Positions 7,913 to 16,715 of a DNA stretch of 20,000 bases are shown here, piece by piece; within the stretch, counting starts at the first letter, position 1; each line of letters opens with the position of its first letter. This DNA is from an uncultured virus (IMG/VR IMGVR_UViG_3300018080_000161) (Duplodnaviria; Heunggongvirae; Uroviricota; Caudoviricetes). The stretch is from IMG/VR virus record IMGVR_UViG_3300018080_000161, one strand, 5' to 3'. The notes beneath the pieces were generated by a model. That model made no database searches. It saw nothing but the letters and a program-made list of their open reading frames with translations, and had not been told where the DNA came from. The position numbers and the translations under genes are program-made.

Positions 7913-8160
7913 TGGGTGACGTCTACTCCCAGCCGCGAACGCCTCAGCCTGAGCTCGAGTTCGACGCCGAGACGCAGGTCAAGGTCCAAGAGCTCATCCG
8001 ACGTCACATGACCAAGGACGGCAAGGGGTTCAGTTCGTTCGACCCCGAGGCATTCCGCAAGGACTTGGTCGAGCTCATCGGACCGTGCCAGATCACGAAC
8101 CTGGACTCCTTCACGGTGCGCGTTACGACCGAGACGCATTGGATGGAGATGTACTTCTGA
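7912..8160 (+). CDS. hypothetical protein
   Basis: 82 aa, TGATG coupling. Confidence 0.75.
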   Translation: MGDVYSQPRTPQPELEFDAETQVKVQELIRRHMTKDGKGFSSFDPEAFRKDLVELIGPCQITNLDSFTVRVTTETHWMEMYF

Positions 8161-8174
8161 GAGGACGAGCCGAG

Positions 8175-8360
8175 ATGACAGCGACCCAGAAAGCAGTCGA
8201 AGCCTTCCGTCTGCTGCACGACGCGGCCAAGATGGAGGACCGTGGCGACGACAACCCCATCCACGTGAAGGTGACGAAGAACGGCATCACCGTCATCCTG
8301 CACGCCAAGGACGGCACCACGCAGGAGAACAAGTTCACGCTTCCGGAGGGCTCGCCGTGA
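8175..8360 (+). CDS. hypothetical protein
   Basis: SD GAGGA; MTATQKAVEAF... Confidence 0.7.
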   Translation: MTATQKAVEAFRLLHDAAKMEDRGDDNPIHVKVTKNGITVILHAKDGTTQENKFTLPEGSP

Positions 8361-8527
8361 CCCAGAACCGCAAGGTCAAGAAGCTCGCCCGCGCCCTTCA
8401 ACGCAGGACGGGGTGGAGCTACACTCGAGCGCTGTTCATGGTGAACAACCACACGTCTGACGAGATCGAACGAGCCGTGGCCGACCGCATGAAGCGGCTC
8501 GCCGCGTCGGGAGGGAAGCCAGAATGA
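8357..8527 (+). CDS. small basic hypothetical protein (not in ORF track)
   Basis: GTGA and ATGA overlaps at both ends; MTQNRKVKKLARALQRRTGWSYTRAL... 56 aa. Confidence 0.7.
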   Translation: MTQNRKVKKLARALQRRTGWSYTRALFMVNNHTSDEIERAVADRMKRLAASGGKPE

Positions 8528-8745
8528 AGTGCGGACACTGCCACGGAGCTGGTTGCCCCAAGTGCATGCGCACCGGTTACAACGCCAAGCTGATCGCCTC
8601 CGTCGTCGAGGAGTGGGGCCGCACGGCGAACCTGGACTACGTGCTCAAGCCTGAGATGGTGACGGACCTTCCCGTCACGGACCAACGCGCGATTGCCGAC
8701 TTCGTGAAGCAGGGCATCGCATTGCATAGGACGAAAGCCAAATGA
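8524..8745 (+). CDS. small Zn-finger protein
   Basis: CGHCHGAGCPKC at N-terminus. Confidence 0.75.
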   Translation: MKCGHCHGAGCPKCMRTGYNAKLIASVVEEWGRTANLDYVLKPEMVTDLPVTDQRAIADFVKQGIALHRTKAK

Positions 8746-9080
8746 CGCGTAGAAGCGAAATATCGTCGCTCGAGTGGGTCTTCCTGCTCATCACCCTCCC
8801 GTTGGCAGTTGCCTTCGGGGTGTACGGGATGCCCTACATCGTGAGCACCCTCTGGGGTTGGTTCGTGGTGCCGCTGGGCGTCCCCGCTCTCAGCGTGGCG
8901 CATGCCTTCGGACTCATACTGTTCACGACCTTGTTCCGCTTCGACCTCATCACCAAGGCGAAGGAGGACGCCGACAAGGGCACCCCCATAGGGAACTGCG
9001 TGAAGACGTGGGTCGTCTTCTTTGGCGGGGGACTGGTGCTGGGCGTGGGCTACATCGCCAAGTACTGGGTGGGGATATGA
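8742..9080 (+). CDS. small membrane protein
   Basis: About 3 hydrophobic segments; coupled at both ends. Confidence 0.8.
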   Translation: MTRRSEISSLEWVFLLITLPLAVAFGVYGMPYIVSTLWGWFVVPLGVPALSVAHAFGLILFTTLFRFDLITKAKEDADKGTPIGNCVKTWVVFFGGGLVLGVGYIAKYWVGI

Positions 9081-9364
9081 CCCTCCTTCCGCAGGACCGG
9101 GCCTTCGACACGGGCGAGATTCGTTCGTGCGACGGCGTGACCATCGAGATCAAGAGTGAGGACGAGACGGAGGTGGTCGCCGAGGTGACGTACGTGAGCT
9201 CGTTCTGGATGGACCGGAGCGCCGGCTGCGTACCGTTCGAGACGGGCATGCGCCTCGTGTTCAACAAGACGACCGCCGACGACAAGTGGACCATCAAGGA
9301 ACCGAAAGGGCTTCCTTGGTTCATCCTCGACCCGGCAAAGGGCACTTTTGAGCACTACCGATGA
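9077..9364 (+). CDS. hypothetical protein
   Basis: ATGA coupling; MTLLPQDRAF... Confidence 0.75.
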   Translation: MTLLPQDRAFDTGEIRSCDGVTIEIKSEDETEVVAEVTYVSSFWMDRSAGCVPFETGMRLVFNKTTADDKWTIKEPKGLPWFILDPAKGTFEHYR

Positions 9365-9690
9365 TCTACATCCGCATCGAGCTCTGGCCGGCCGGCGACA
9401 GCGGCAAGGCGCGAGTCCTTCGCGAAGTCACGGTCGCCAACATGGACAGCATCCACGAACGACGCCCCGCCTACGCGGTCGAGGTCTCGCGTGACAAGGG
9501 GTTCAAGATGCGGGGTCCTGCCGACGAGAACCTGAGCTCGCTCCAAAGCAACGAGTACCGCGTGATCAAGCCCGACCCCGACAGCGTCGAGGACCACATC
9601 GTGGTCAGGCACATGCGGAGTCGAGGACTGTTCTCGCTACTGCGCCGGGTGTTCCGCGAGGTCGCCCGAGAGATTCAGGAGAAGCGATGA
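9361..9690 (+). CDS. hypothetical protein
   Basis: 109 aa, MIYIRIELWPAG; coupled. Confidence 0.8.
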   Translation: MIYIRIELWPAGDSGKARVLREVTVANMDSIHERRPAYAVEVSRDKGFKMRGPADENLSSLQSNEYRVIKPDPDSVEDHIVVRHMRSRGLFSLLRRVFREVAREIQEKR

Positions 9691-10046
9691 CCCAGTACGT
9701 CAAGAACCCCGTGGGCTTCCTGCGCTCGAGCGGACTTCTGTTCGAGCTCAACCGTCGAGTGCTGCACCCGTTCGGAGTGGCGCTCGCGGTCGAGACGGAC
9801 GAGGCCGACATGGAAAACTCCGTGAGCTTCACGGCGCAGCTCGTCGATGCTCGAGACGATCCGGACGGCTTTCTCTTCGCTCCGGAGACGTACGACTCGG
9901 GCTGGCTGCGCTTCCGGAGGTTCACCATGTCGCAGGCCGACCGGCTGGCGCGCAGGATCAAAACGCTGGGCTGGCTCGAGCAGAACACCAGGTTCGACGA
10001 CGAGCGGGCGGAGCTCGCGGTGGAAGACACCTCGAACGGCACATGA
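9687..10046 (+). CDS. hypothetical protein
   Basis: 119 aa; GLLFELNRRVLHPFGVAL...DDPDG; coupled. Confidence 0.8.
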   Translation: MTQYVKNPVGFLRSSGLLFELNRRVLHPFGVALAVETDEADMENSVSFTAQLVDARDDPDGFLFAPETYDSGWLRFRRFTMSQADRLARRIKTLGWLEQNTRFDDERAELAVEDTSNGT

Positions 10047-10534
10047 AGCTGAGACTACGCCCCTGGTCCGTGAAGAAGGCCGTGCCTTTCGTGAGCGGCG
10101 TGCACCGTCGCCTGCCGAAGGTCCAAGGCGCCATGTGGGCCATCTCGGTGAAGCACGAGGACAAGGTCGTGGGCGTTGCCCTGGTCGGTCACCCGGCTCG
10201 AGTCTGGATGGACGACTACGCCACGCTCGCCGTGCTCCGCGTCGCCGTGCTCGAGGGCTACCCGAACGCCTGCTCCATGCTCTACGGCGCCTGCTCGAGA
10301 GCAGCGAAGGCCATGGGGTGCGAGAACCTCGTGACCTACACCCACCACGACGAACACGGTGCCAGCCTGAAGGCCAGCAACTGGGTCGACATGGGCCTGA
10401 CCGGGGGCGGGGAGTGCTCGCGCCCGTCCCGAGCTCGTGAGCCGGCCGTGGACCCCTTCCCGAAGCGCAGATGGCTGGCGCCGTGGAGCAAGAAGATCAA
10501 GACGAAGGAGAAATCTGATGGACAAGATGGATGA
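10043..10534 (+). CDS. XF1762-family / Mom-like GNAT-fold protein (possible DNA-modifying acyltransferase)
   Basis: FV..HR..P...GVALVGHP.R...LRV....NACSMLYGA..RAAKAMG...VTYT...E.GASLKASNW...SRPSR...K.RW pattern. Confidence 0.75.
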   Translation: MKLRLRPWSVKKAVPFVSGVHRRLPKVQGAMWAISVKHEDKVVGVALVGHPARVWMDDYATLAVLRVAVLEGYPNACSMLYGACSRAAKAMGCENLVTYTHHDEHGASLKASNWVDMGLTGGGECSRPSRAREPAVDPFPKRRWLAPWSKKIKTKEKSDGQDG

Positions 10535-10982
10535 CCTCAAGGTCGAGCTCAAGGCGATGGAGCGCATCGCCAAGATCATGCACGAGCTCCCGAGCTCCGA
10601 CTCGCTGATTCGGGTGCTCGAGTGGATGAAGCAAGTCGCCCGCACGGACACGCAGCCAGGGTCAGGGGAGTTTTCCACGGACCTCGGCCTCGCGGTCCGA
10701 CACTGCCAGGCCGTCGTCCGAGCTGCGCTGTCTCGAGGAGATGCCGCGTGCGCTCGAGAGCACTCCCAGCTCGCGCTCTGGCTCGAGGAGCTCCGGACCA
10801 TCAAGCACAAGGAGGACGCGCCGGGCCAGCTCCCGCTCCCAGGAGCCGACAAGCCGAAGCTCGCCGACCCGCTCCCACCCGTGGGCGGCGACATGCTCGG
10901 CCAGCCGGCGCCGGGGGTTTCCGGCAAGGCAGACACCGACCGACCCCCGTGGGAAGACCCGAAGACGCCTACCTCGTCCTGA
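10518..10982 (+). CDS. hypothetical protein, Pro-rich C-terminus
   Basis: SD AAGGAG; MDKMDDLKVELK... Confidence 0.75.
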   Translation: MDKMDDLKVELKAMERIAKIMHELPSSDSLIRVLEWMKQVARTDTQPGSGEFSTDLGLAVRHCQAVVRAALSRGDAACAREHSQLALWLEELRTIKHKEDAPGQLPLPGADKPKLADPLPPVGGDMLGQPAPGVSGKADTDRPPWEDPKTPTSS

Positions 10983-10986
10983 CGCC

Positions 10987-11021
10987 TTGACAATCCCTGA
11001 CGTGTGTTATACGTTGGGGGC
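10987..11021 (+). promoter_or_regulatory. sigma70-type leaderless promoter
   Basis: TTGACA(10987-10992)-17-TACGTT(11010-11015), GGGGGC, ATG 11022. Confidence 0.8.
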
Positions 11022-11246
11022 ATGAAGGTCAAAGATCTCATCAAGCTGTTGGGGGAGTACGACGAGGAAGACCTGGTCGTGCTGGCAAAGGACGGAGAGG
11101 GCAACGACTTCTCGCCTCTCTCGGACTCACTCAGTTGCAAGTACAAGGCTGACTCGACCTGGTCGGGTGAGATATTCAGCGGCGACGAGGAAGACGACGC
11201 CCCGGAGGGGTCCGTGGACGCCTGCGTCCTGTGGCCGACCAACTGA
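11022..11246 (+). CDS. small acidic hypothetical protein
   Basis: MKVKDLIKLLGEYDEEDLVVLAKDGEGNDFSPL...VLWPTN. Confidence 0.8.
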   Translation: MKVKDLIKLLGEYDEEDLVVLAKDGEGNDFSPLSDSLSCKYKADSTWSGEIFSGDEEDDAPEGSVDACVLWPTN

Positions 11247-11641
11247 TGCGTATCGTCATCGAGATCATGCCCTACGAGAGGCACCGGAGGCTTCACGGGA
11301 GCGAGGTGGCCGAAGCGCTGAAGACCTTGGCGAGCGACTTCGAAGCCGAAGAGCTCATGGAGCAGCCGCTCGAAGTCGGCCAGTCGTCACTCAACCGGGA
11401 CGACTACAACGAGACGACGGTCAAGTGGCGTGTCGAGGGCTGGCCCGAGAAGAGGAAGAAGAAGCCCAAGCCCTTCTCGCACTGCCCCGCGCCCGAACGA
11501 TTGCCGGCCGTGAAGCACCGCACGAGCATCTGCCATGGCTGCGGCAAGGACATTGACAGCGTGGCCGACCTGACGTGGGCCAAGGAGGATGGCACGTTGT
11601 CCTTGGACGGCTACGCCTACCACAAGAGGTGCGTGAGATGA
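11246..11641 (+). CDS. hypothetical protein with C-terminal Zn-binding motif
   Basis: TGATG coupling; CHGC...HKRC. Confidence 0.75.
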   Translation: MRIVIEIMPYERHRRLHGSEVAEALKTLASDFEAEELMEQPLEVGQSSLNRDDYNETTVKWRVEGWPEKRKKKPKPFSHCPAPERLPAVKHRTSICHGCGKDIDSVADLTWAKEDGTLSLDGYAYHKRCVR

Positions 11642-11871
11642 ACGGAGTGCAGATCAAGTTCCACGAGAGCGTCACCAGAGAACGGCACACCAGGGAGGTC
11701 GAGCTATGGATCGCCGTGTACGCGGCTGCCGCCCGTGACCCCCTGATGCAGGACCGGGGTTGTGCGAGGAAGGCTGACGACGCTGTCCTCGAGTTCCGCA
11801 GGCGGCTCGAGGACGAAGAGAAACGGGAGCCCATGCCGCGCCCCGTTGGACCCCGCGACGTCGGCCCGTGA
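11638..11871 (+). CDS. hypothetical protein
   Basis: ATGA coupling; MNGVQIKF... Confidence 0.7.
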   Translation: MNGVQIKFHESVTRERHTREVELWIAVYAAAARDPLMQDRGCARKADDAVLEFRRRLEDEEKREPMPRPVGPRDVGP

Positions 11872-11887
11872 TAGGTTGAGGTGCATG

Positions 11888-12322
11888 ATGGAGCTAGTAT
11901 CTTCTTTGCGTCTCGAGCACGGCGAACGGTACGACTATGTGCACGTCTGGAACCGGGGAGCTCGAGCGGGTGTCCTGACCGTGACCAGGGGAGACGGTGT
12001 GCACGTCGCCACGCGTCTGGCCGATGGTGTCACCCCGGTGTACCGCAAAGTCACCGGAGGCCCTCTCTGGGAGTGGCAACTCGACTCGGGACCGCCCGAC
12101 CTGGATCATTGGAGTGCCCAGCTTCTGAACGACCCCGCGTGCCGCTGGAACGCCTCCGTATGGCGTCATGGGACGGTCTGGACCTTGGAGGTGTTCGACG
12201 CGAACGCGGACCAGGACGACCCCGTATTTTCGAAGGCTGCTGACAGTCTGGACGAAGCGATGGTGGGAGCCATGCGCAAGCAGAAGGAACTAGCCGATGG
12301 CAAATCCAAAGACCGAGACTGA
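11888..12322 (+). CDS. hypothetical protein
   Basis: SD GAGGTG; MELVSSLRLEHG... (alternative start 11885). Confidence 0.75.
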   Translation: MELVSSLRLEHGERYDYVHVWNRGARAGVLTVTRGDGVHVATRLADGVTPVYRKVTGGPLWEWQLDSGPPDLDHWSAQLLNDPACRWNASVWRHGTVWTLEVFDANADQDDPVFSKAADSLDEAMVGAMRKQKELADGKSKDRD

Positions 12323-12542
12323 CCAAGAGAAGCTCGAGCGACTCGCCTACGAGATGCTCACCTACCTCTCACCTCAGAGCATGCAGGCTCTCGACGAGCA
12401 GATCGGCAAGTGCCAGAACGACTGCACCCACGACGGCTCCGTGAAGCCCGAGACGTGGACGCTCATCCGTGATCTGCTCGCCAAGGTGCGGGACATCAGG
12501 CTCTTGAAAGAAAAGCTCGACCGAATCACCGGACGCGCTTGA
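12297..12542 (+). CDS. hypothetical protein
   Basis: SD AAGGA; 81 aa. Confidence 0.75.
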   Translation: MANPKTETDQEKLERLAYEMLTYLSPQSMQALDEQIGKCQNDCTHDGSVKPETWTLIRDLLAKVRDIRLLKEKLDRITGRA

Positions 12543-12573
12543 CAATCCCCTTCCCTGCTATTATCTTCAGGTT
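12539..12573 (+). promoter_or_regulatory. sigma70-type leaderless promoter
   Basis: TTGACA(12539-12544, contains upstream TGA stop)-17-TATCTT(12562-12567), 6 nt to ATG 12574. Confidence 0.8.
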
Positions 12574-13701
12574 ATGGAATGCGACCACACGGTCGCAAAC
12601 GAGGAGGGTGCCGTGGGCAGACCGCAGGTATACGAGTTGGTGGACGGAAGGCTCGTCGGACGTGACCCGACCGAGCAGGAGATGAACGACCAGGGGTGGT
12701 ACCGCGAAGGCGACCCCGAGACGCTCGAGACGGCGCTGGAGACTCTTCGCAAGACGCACGCGGTGCTCGACATGGCAGCGGTGCCGAAGTTCAAAGGCAA
12801 CAAGGACAAGCCCGAGCCCCTGGACGTCGTCGACCGGCTCAAGCTCGTGACGCCAACCTACATCGAGAACAAGAAAACCGTCGAAGGCTGCCACAACGCT
12901 CTGGATCGTGTCGGGGCCCCCAGGTGTACGCCTGACGAGGATCAGAAGGTTCGCAGCCTGTACCAACGTCTGTGCTGGTACATGGATCACAAGGACGACA
13001 TGGGCGAGCAGGCTCGTCAGATGCACAACAAGTTCAACGAACTGGCGGTCGTGGAGACGCACCAGTCAGGCCATCCGAAGCTGAGTCTGGTCGGAAGGTT
13101 CAACGCTTTCACGGACGCGCAACGCAGCAAGCTGGCGAGTGCAGTTCACGCCGAACAGAAGCGCTTCGAGGAACTGGCCGAAATCAACAAGGAGCTCAAC
13201 AACGCGCGGGTGCCCCTGACCCTGACCAGCGGGGAGTCCGATGACGCAATTGCGAGGACCGCGACCACGTTGGAACGCGTGCAAACCCTCATCGCCCGCT
13301 TCAAGCGGACGGAGCAAGCCGAGAAGCACGCGAACGGCGCCATCCACAACCTGATGGACGAGGCCAACGTGCCGACAACCGTCACGGAGCACGGCAAAGA
13401 ACGGCCCGCGTCGGCGCCTGACAGGGTCAAGATCGTCCTGAGCACCTACCAGCCGTTCGAGTGCCCCAAGCACCTCGAGCAACTCGCTCCTGCCGTCATA
13501 AGGCAGCTTCTGGACTGGTTCGGTGCCGCCGACGACATGGGCCAAGACCACACGTTCACCGTGACGCTGCGGTTCAAGACCCCAACCCGCGCCGTCGTGC
13601 AACTCAAGAAGTACTCCGTCGAGGGATCGATGCTGGACGACTTCGAAGGGGACCGGCCCGACCGGTGGGTCTGGATGACCGGAAGCGGAGCAAAGGAATG
13701 A
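12574..13701 (+). CDS. hypothetical protein with five degenerate internal repeats
   Basis: 375 aa; recurring H-x-x-L-D-x-x-x-V-P...L-x-x-R-h unit. Confidence 0.85.
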   Translation: MECDHTVANEEGAVGRPQVYELVDGRLVGRDPTEQEMNDQGWYREGDPETLETALETLRKTHAVLDMAAVPKFKGNKDKPEPLDVVDRLKLVTPTYIENKKTVEGCHNALDRVGAPRCTPDEDQKVRSLYQRLCWYMDHKDDMGEQARQMHNKFNELAVVETHQSGHPKLSLVGRFNAFTDAQRSKLASAVHAEQKRFEELAEINKELNNARVPLTLTSGESDDAIARTATTLERVQTLIARFKRTEQAEKHANGAIHNLMDEANVPTTVTEHGKERPASAPDRVKIVLSTYQPFECPKHLEQLAPAVIRQLLDWFGAADDMGQDHTFTVTLRFKTPTRAVVQLKKYSVEGSMLDDFEGDRPDRWVWMTGSGAKE

Positions 13702-13895
13702 GGATGATTCTGGACTGGGAAGAAGTGCAGCAGGTCGCGCGGGAAGTCATCAAGAGACGCTACGATCTGGAGGAGGGCGACGTCGGAGGTGTCGAGGCGA
13801 TTGCGACCCTGATCGACGAGAAGTGGGCCGTCAGGCTAGCTGTCGATACCACGCTGAAACCAGAACCAGGGAAGTCGGGGGGACCGTACCGATGA
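13698..13895 (+). CDS. hypothetical protein
   Basis: ATGA coupling; MRMILDWEEV...GGPYR. Confidence 0.75.
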   Translation: MRMILDWEEVQQVAREVIKRRYDLEEGDVGGVEAIATLIDEKWAVRLAVDTTLKPEPGKSGGPYR

Positions 13896-14038
13896 ACTTC
13901 ATCGAGCAACAACTCGAAATCGAACCACCGCCCGTGCTCGCGGAGCCGCCACCTTCCGAGCCCGAGCCCATCACGTGGGACATCGAGCAGGACGACGCGC
14001 CGAACATCATCGAAGACGTGTTGGAGGACGACCGATGA
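13892..14038 (+). CDS. small acidic Pro-rich protein
   Basis: ATGA coupling at both ends; 48 aa. Confidence 0.65.
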   Translation: MNFIEQQLEIEPPPVLAEPPPSEPEPITWDIEQDDAPNIIEDVLEDDR

Positions 14039-14847
14039 ACTGGGAGCAGCTCAAGAAAACGGCAGAGGAAGTCAAGGCGCGCATGACGCACCTGACCGGC
14101 GCGGAGCTCAAGCTGGCGCAGCGGGCACAAGCCATCTCGTTCGTGTACGGCAACTGTCGGTTGAGCAACCCCGAAGTCACGCTGGAGATGTGCGAACTGC
14201 TCTACGACGAGCACGAAGCAAAGAAGCACTTCCACGACCATCTGACCATCGTCGAGAACTACCTGCGCAGGGGCACGGGCGTGCACGCCTTCCGAAGTGG
14301 CGGCGGCTTGCGTGTCGTGCGCATCGAAGGGCCCGACCGTGGTGACCTCGTGGGCTACGGCGAGCACATCCACGTCGAGGGAGCCATCCGCATCGCCGCG
14401 CAGGACGCGGTCGCCGGCAACCGTCCCTACGACGAGGTCTACGGCAAGACCGAACCGCACTACCTGACCGGAGCCGAACGTCCGTCGTCGATGCTGGACG
14501 ATTGGATCCTGCGCGGGCACACGTTCGACCTGCACTACGACTCGGAAGCGGACGAGTACGTCGCCGAGTTCGAAGGCACCGAGCACGTGGACGCGCCGAA
14601 GGAGGCGAGGGAGAAGGCCAAGCGGGGCGAGACGGCGCAGTGGAGCACGCGCGGCCGCACCTACCAGACGACGGCTTGCGTCTTTCCCAACGGGGACAAG
14701 GGCACGACCAGCACGGTCATCAACCGACTGCCTCATCAGGAGCACCGCGACGACTGGATCTACACGGCCGTGCGGACCGGCAGGGCACTGAGGCTTCGCG
14801 ACGCGCTCGAGGTAGGGCTCAAGGCAGAGCCGGTGGAGGCCAAATGA
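14035..14847 (+). CDS. hypothetical protein
   Basis: SD GGAGG; MNWEQLKK... Confidence 0.8.
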   Translation: MNWEQLKKTAEEVKARMTHLTGAELKLAQRAQAISFVYGNCRLSNPEVTLEMCELLYDEHEAKKHFHDHLTIVENYLRRGTGVHAFRSGGGLRVVRIEGPDRGDLVGYGEHIHVEGAIRIAAQDAVAGNRPYDEVYGKTEPHYLTGAERPSSMLDDWILRGHTFDLHYDSEADEYVAEFEGTEHVDAPKEAREKAKRGETAQWSTRGRTYQTTACVFPNGDKGTTSTVINRLPHQEHRDDWIYTAVRTGRALRLRDALEVGLKAEPVEAK

Positions 14848-15701
14848 GAATCTACCCAGGCGATGGCAAAGAAGACAACGAGGAGCTCGCACGGCTCAAC
14901 GTCGAGCCCTGGATGGTTGAACTGCTGCTGCTCAACCCCGGCTACACGTGGTGGGGACCGCACGAAGACTACATGTGGACGAAGGACAAGGGCTGGTCGT
15001 CCGCTGTCTTCTGCGACTCGTGGAAGGAGTTCAGGGGAGACGGGGACGAGAATAGCTGGACCTTGGGCGACCTGAACGAGTGCGTGAACTTCTACTTCCA
15101 CCTCGACCGCAAGACCGCCAAGTGCAAAGCGTGCGACCAGTGCGGCTACAACCCCGAGACGAAGAAGATCGCCGACTCCTTCTACGGGGCTCTGTACGAC
15201 AAAAGCGACAAGTGGAACGACAAGATCACACAGGACGAGGTTGACGCGCTCATCAGGGAAGGCCGGCTCGTCTCGTACACACACGAGACCAAGCCAGGCG
15301 AGGGTTGGGTACCCAAGGACCCCGTGCCGAGGGTCACCGCAGAACAGATCAACGCGGACACCAAGTCCTCGCAGGGACTGGGGCCGCACGACGGCATCAA
15401 CCGGGGCATCCTGATCGAGACCCGAGCGAAGCGACTGGGCGTGTGGGGCATGTGCCCCGAGTGCGAAGGTCACGGCTACGTGTTCACCGAACCCAAGGGC
15501 TGCTTGTGCCTCACGCTGTGGTGGCTGCACCCCCGGAAGGGCTGCTCGAGGGGCATCGAAATCCGGAACATCCAACAGGCCGACCTGCAAGACATCTACG
15601 ACTACTTGGCCGAAGCGGCTGATCGCAACGCCGAGAGGTTCTTGGAGGTCTGCAAGTTGCGCAGCGACATGAACGAGGAGAACGATGGGACTCAATCCTA
15701 G
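14844..15701 (+). CDS. hypothetical protein with split DnaJ-like Zn finger
   Basis: CKACDQCG and CPECEGHG motifs separated by an insert. Confidence 0.8.
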   Translation: MRIYPGDGKEDNEELARLNVEPWMVELLLLNPGYTWWGPHEDYMWTKDKGWSSAVFCDSWKEFRGDGDENSWTLGDLNECVNFYFHLDRKTAKCKACDQCGYNPETKKIADSFYGALYDKSDKWNDKITQDEVDALIREGRLVSYTHETKPGEGWVPKDPVPRVTAEQINADTKSSQGLGPHDGINRGILIETRAKRLGVWGMCPECEGHGYVFTEPKGCLCLTLWWLHPRKGCSRGIEIRNIQQADLQDIYDYLAEAADRNAERFLEVCKLRSDMNEENDGTQS

Positions 15702-16191
15702 CTGCAACAACGTGAGCGACAGAGCACTCAAGAAGCTGCCCGTGCTGGGCGACCCTCCCTTCAAGGAGCCGCATGCGAAGGAGGCTGTCAGCGAGCTCAA
15801 GGCCCTCTTGCCGGAAGCGAAGTTCACCGGGGAGGTGAGAACGCAGAAGCACTGGAAGGAGGGCACCAAGGGGTGGAAGAACGCCCGTGTGGGCCTTTCG
15901 ATGTGGTACGAGGGGGCCGAGAACGACACCGAGGAAGTGAAGGTCCGGACCGTCGAGGCCACGGCGCTCGGATGGAAGTTCAGCAGAGCCTGGTACTACT
16001 GGGTCTGCAACACGTACGAAAAGCCCATCCCCGCAGCGGCTGCCAAAGCCTTCAACGACAAGTGGGGCGACCAAGTCCGCTTCAACGGCTACGCGGGAGG
16101 CACGGACGCGGACGGACCGGGCAAGAGCTACCACGTCGACACGCTCGACGGCTTGCTCGCGCTGGTCAAGCTGATCCGAGAGCACCAATGA
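15685..16191 (+). CDS. hypothetical protein
   Basis: SD GAGGAG; WKFSRAWYYWV...YHVDTLDGL. Confidence 0.8.
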   Translation: MGLNPSCNNVSDRALKKLPVLGDPPFKEPHAKEAVSELKALLPEAKFTGEVRTQKHWKEGTKGWKNARVGLSMWYEGAENDTEEVKVRTVEATALGWKFSRAWYYWVCNTYEKPIPAAAAKAFNDKWGDQVRFNGYAGGTDADGPGKSYHVDTLDGLLALVKLIREHQ

Positions 16192-16219
16192 GCGACAAGA
16201 CCCCCGTCAAGGAGGAGTG

Positions 16220-16567
16220 ATGCCCAACCTAGGCCAGTACCACGAGATCATGGACCGCGCGTCCGTCGTGCTCGAGCTGTTCGTCTCGCAGATCGAAGAG
16301 ACCGAATGCACCCGCCAGGACCCCCAACTCAAAGAGCGCGCCGAGGAACTGCGGGACCGGTTGCACGACTTCTACCAGCTCGCGGCCGAGCGACACACGG
16401 AGATGGAGAAGGAGTGCGACGGCGACGCTCCCGAGAAGGCACGCGAGCTCATCCTCGAACGGGCCTGCGAGCGGGCCATGCACGTGCTGCTTCCTCTGCC
16501 CACGACGCTGGACGAGATGCTCACCTACCCGGCAAGGGTCGCGAAAGCCATTCTCGACGGAGGCTGA
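16220..16567 (+). CDS. hypothetical helical protein
   Basis: SD AGGAGG; MPNLGQYHEIMDRAS... Confidence 0.8.
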   Translation: MPNLGQYHEIMDRASVVLELFVSQIEETECTRQDPQLKERAEELRDRLHDFYQLAAERHTEMEKECDGDAPEKARELILERACERAMHVLLPLPTTLDEMLTYPARVAKAILDGG

Positions 16568-16568
16568 G

Positions 16569-16715
16569 GTGCCCACGTACATACGCAAGGAACAACTCGA
16601 CCCTGAATTCGTCGCCAAGGTCAACCGCGCGCACCGGGGAGCTCTGGCGGCGATGATCATCCTGCTCATTCACGCGCTCATCGATGTGAGCTACGTAATC
16701 TGGAGGCTGCTGTGA
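16569..16715 (+). CDS. small membrane protein (not in ORF track)
   Basis: GTG after GGAGG; 48 aa with C-terminal hydrophobic stretch; GTGA-coupled to next gene. Confidence 0.6.
   Translation: MPTYIRKEQLDPEFVAKVNRAHRGALAAMIILLIHALIDVSYVIWRLL

Noticed and set aside
10055..11296. Long minus-strand ORFs (also 4644-5561, 6385-7359, 13831-14892, 14760-15962, 18657-19781)
   Set aside because: Antisense shadows of well-coupled + strand genes, expected in high-GC DNA; no recognisable motifs
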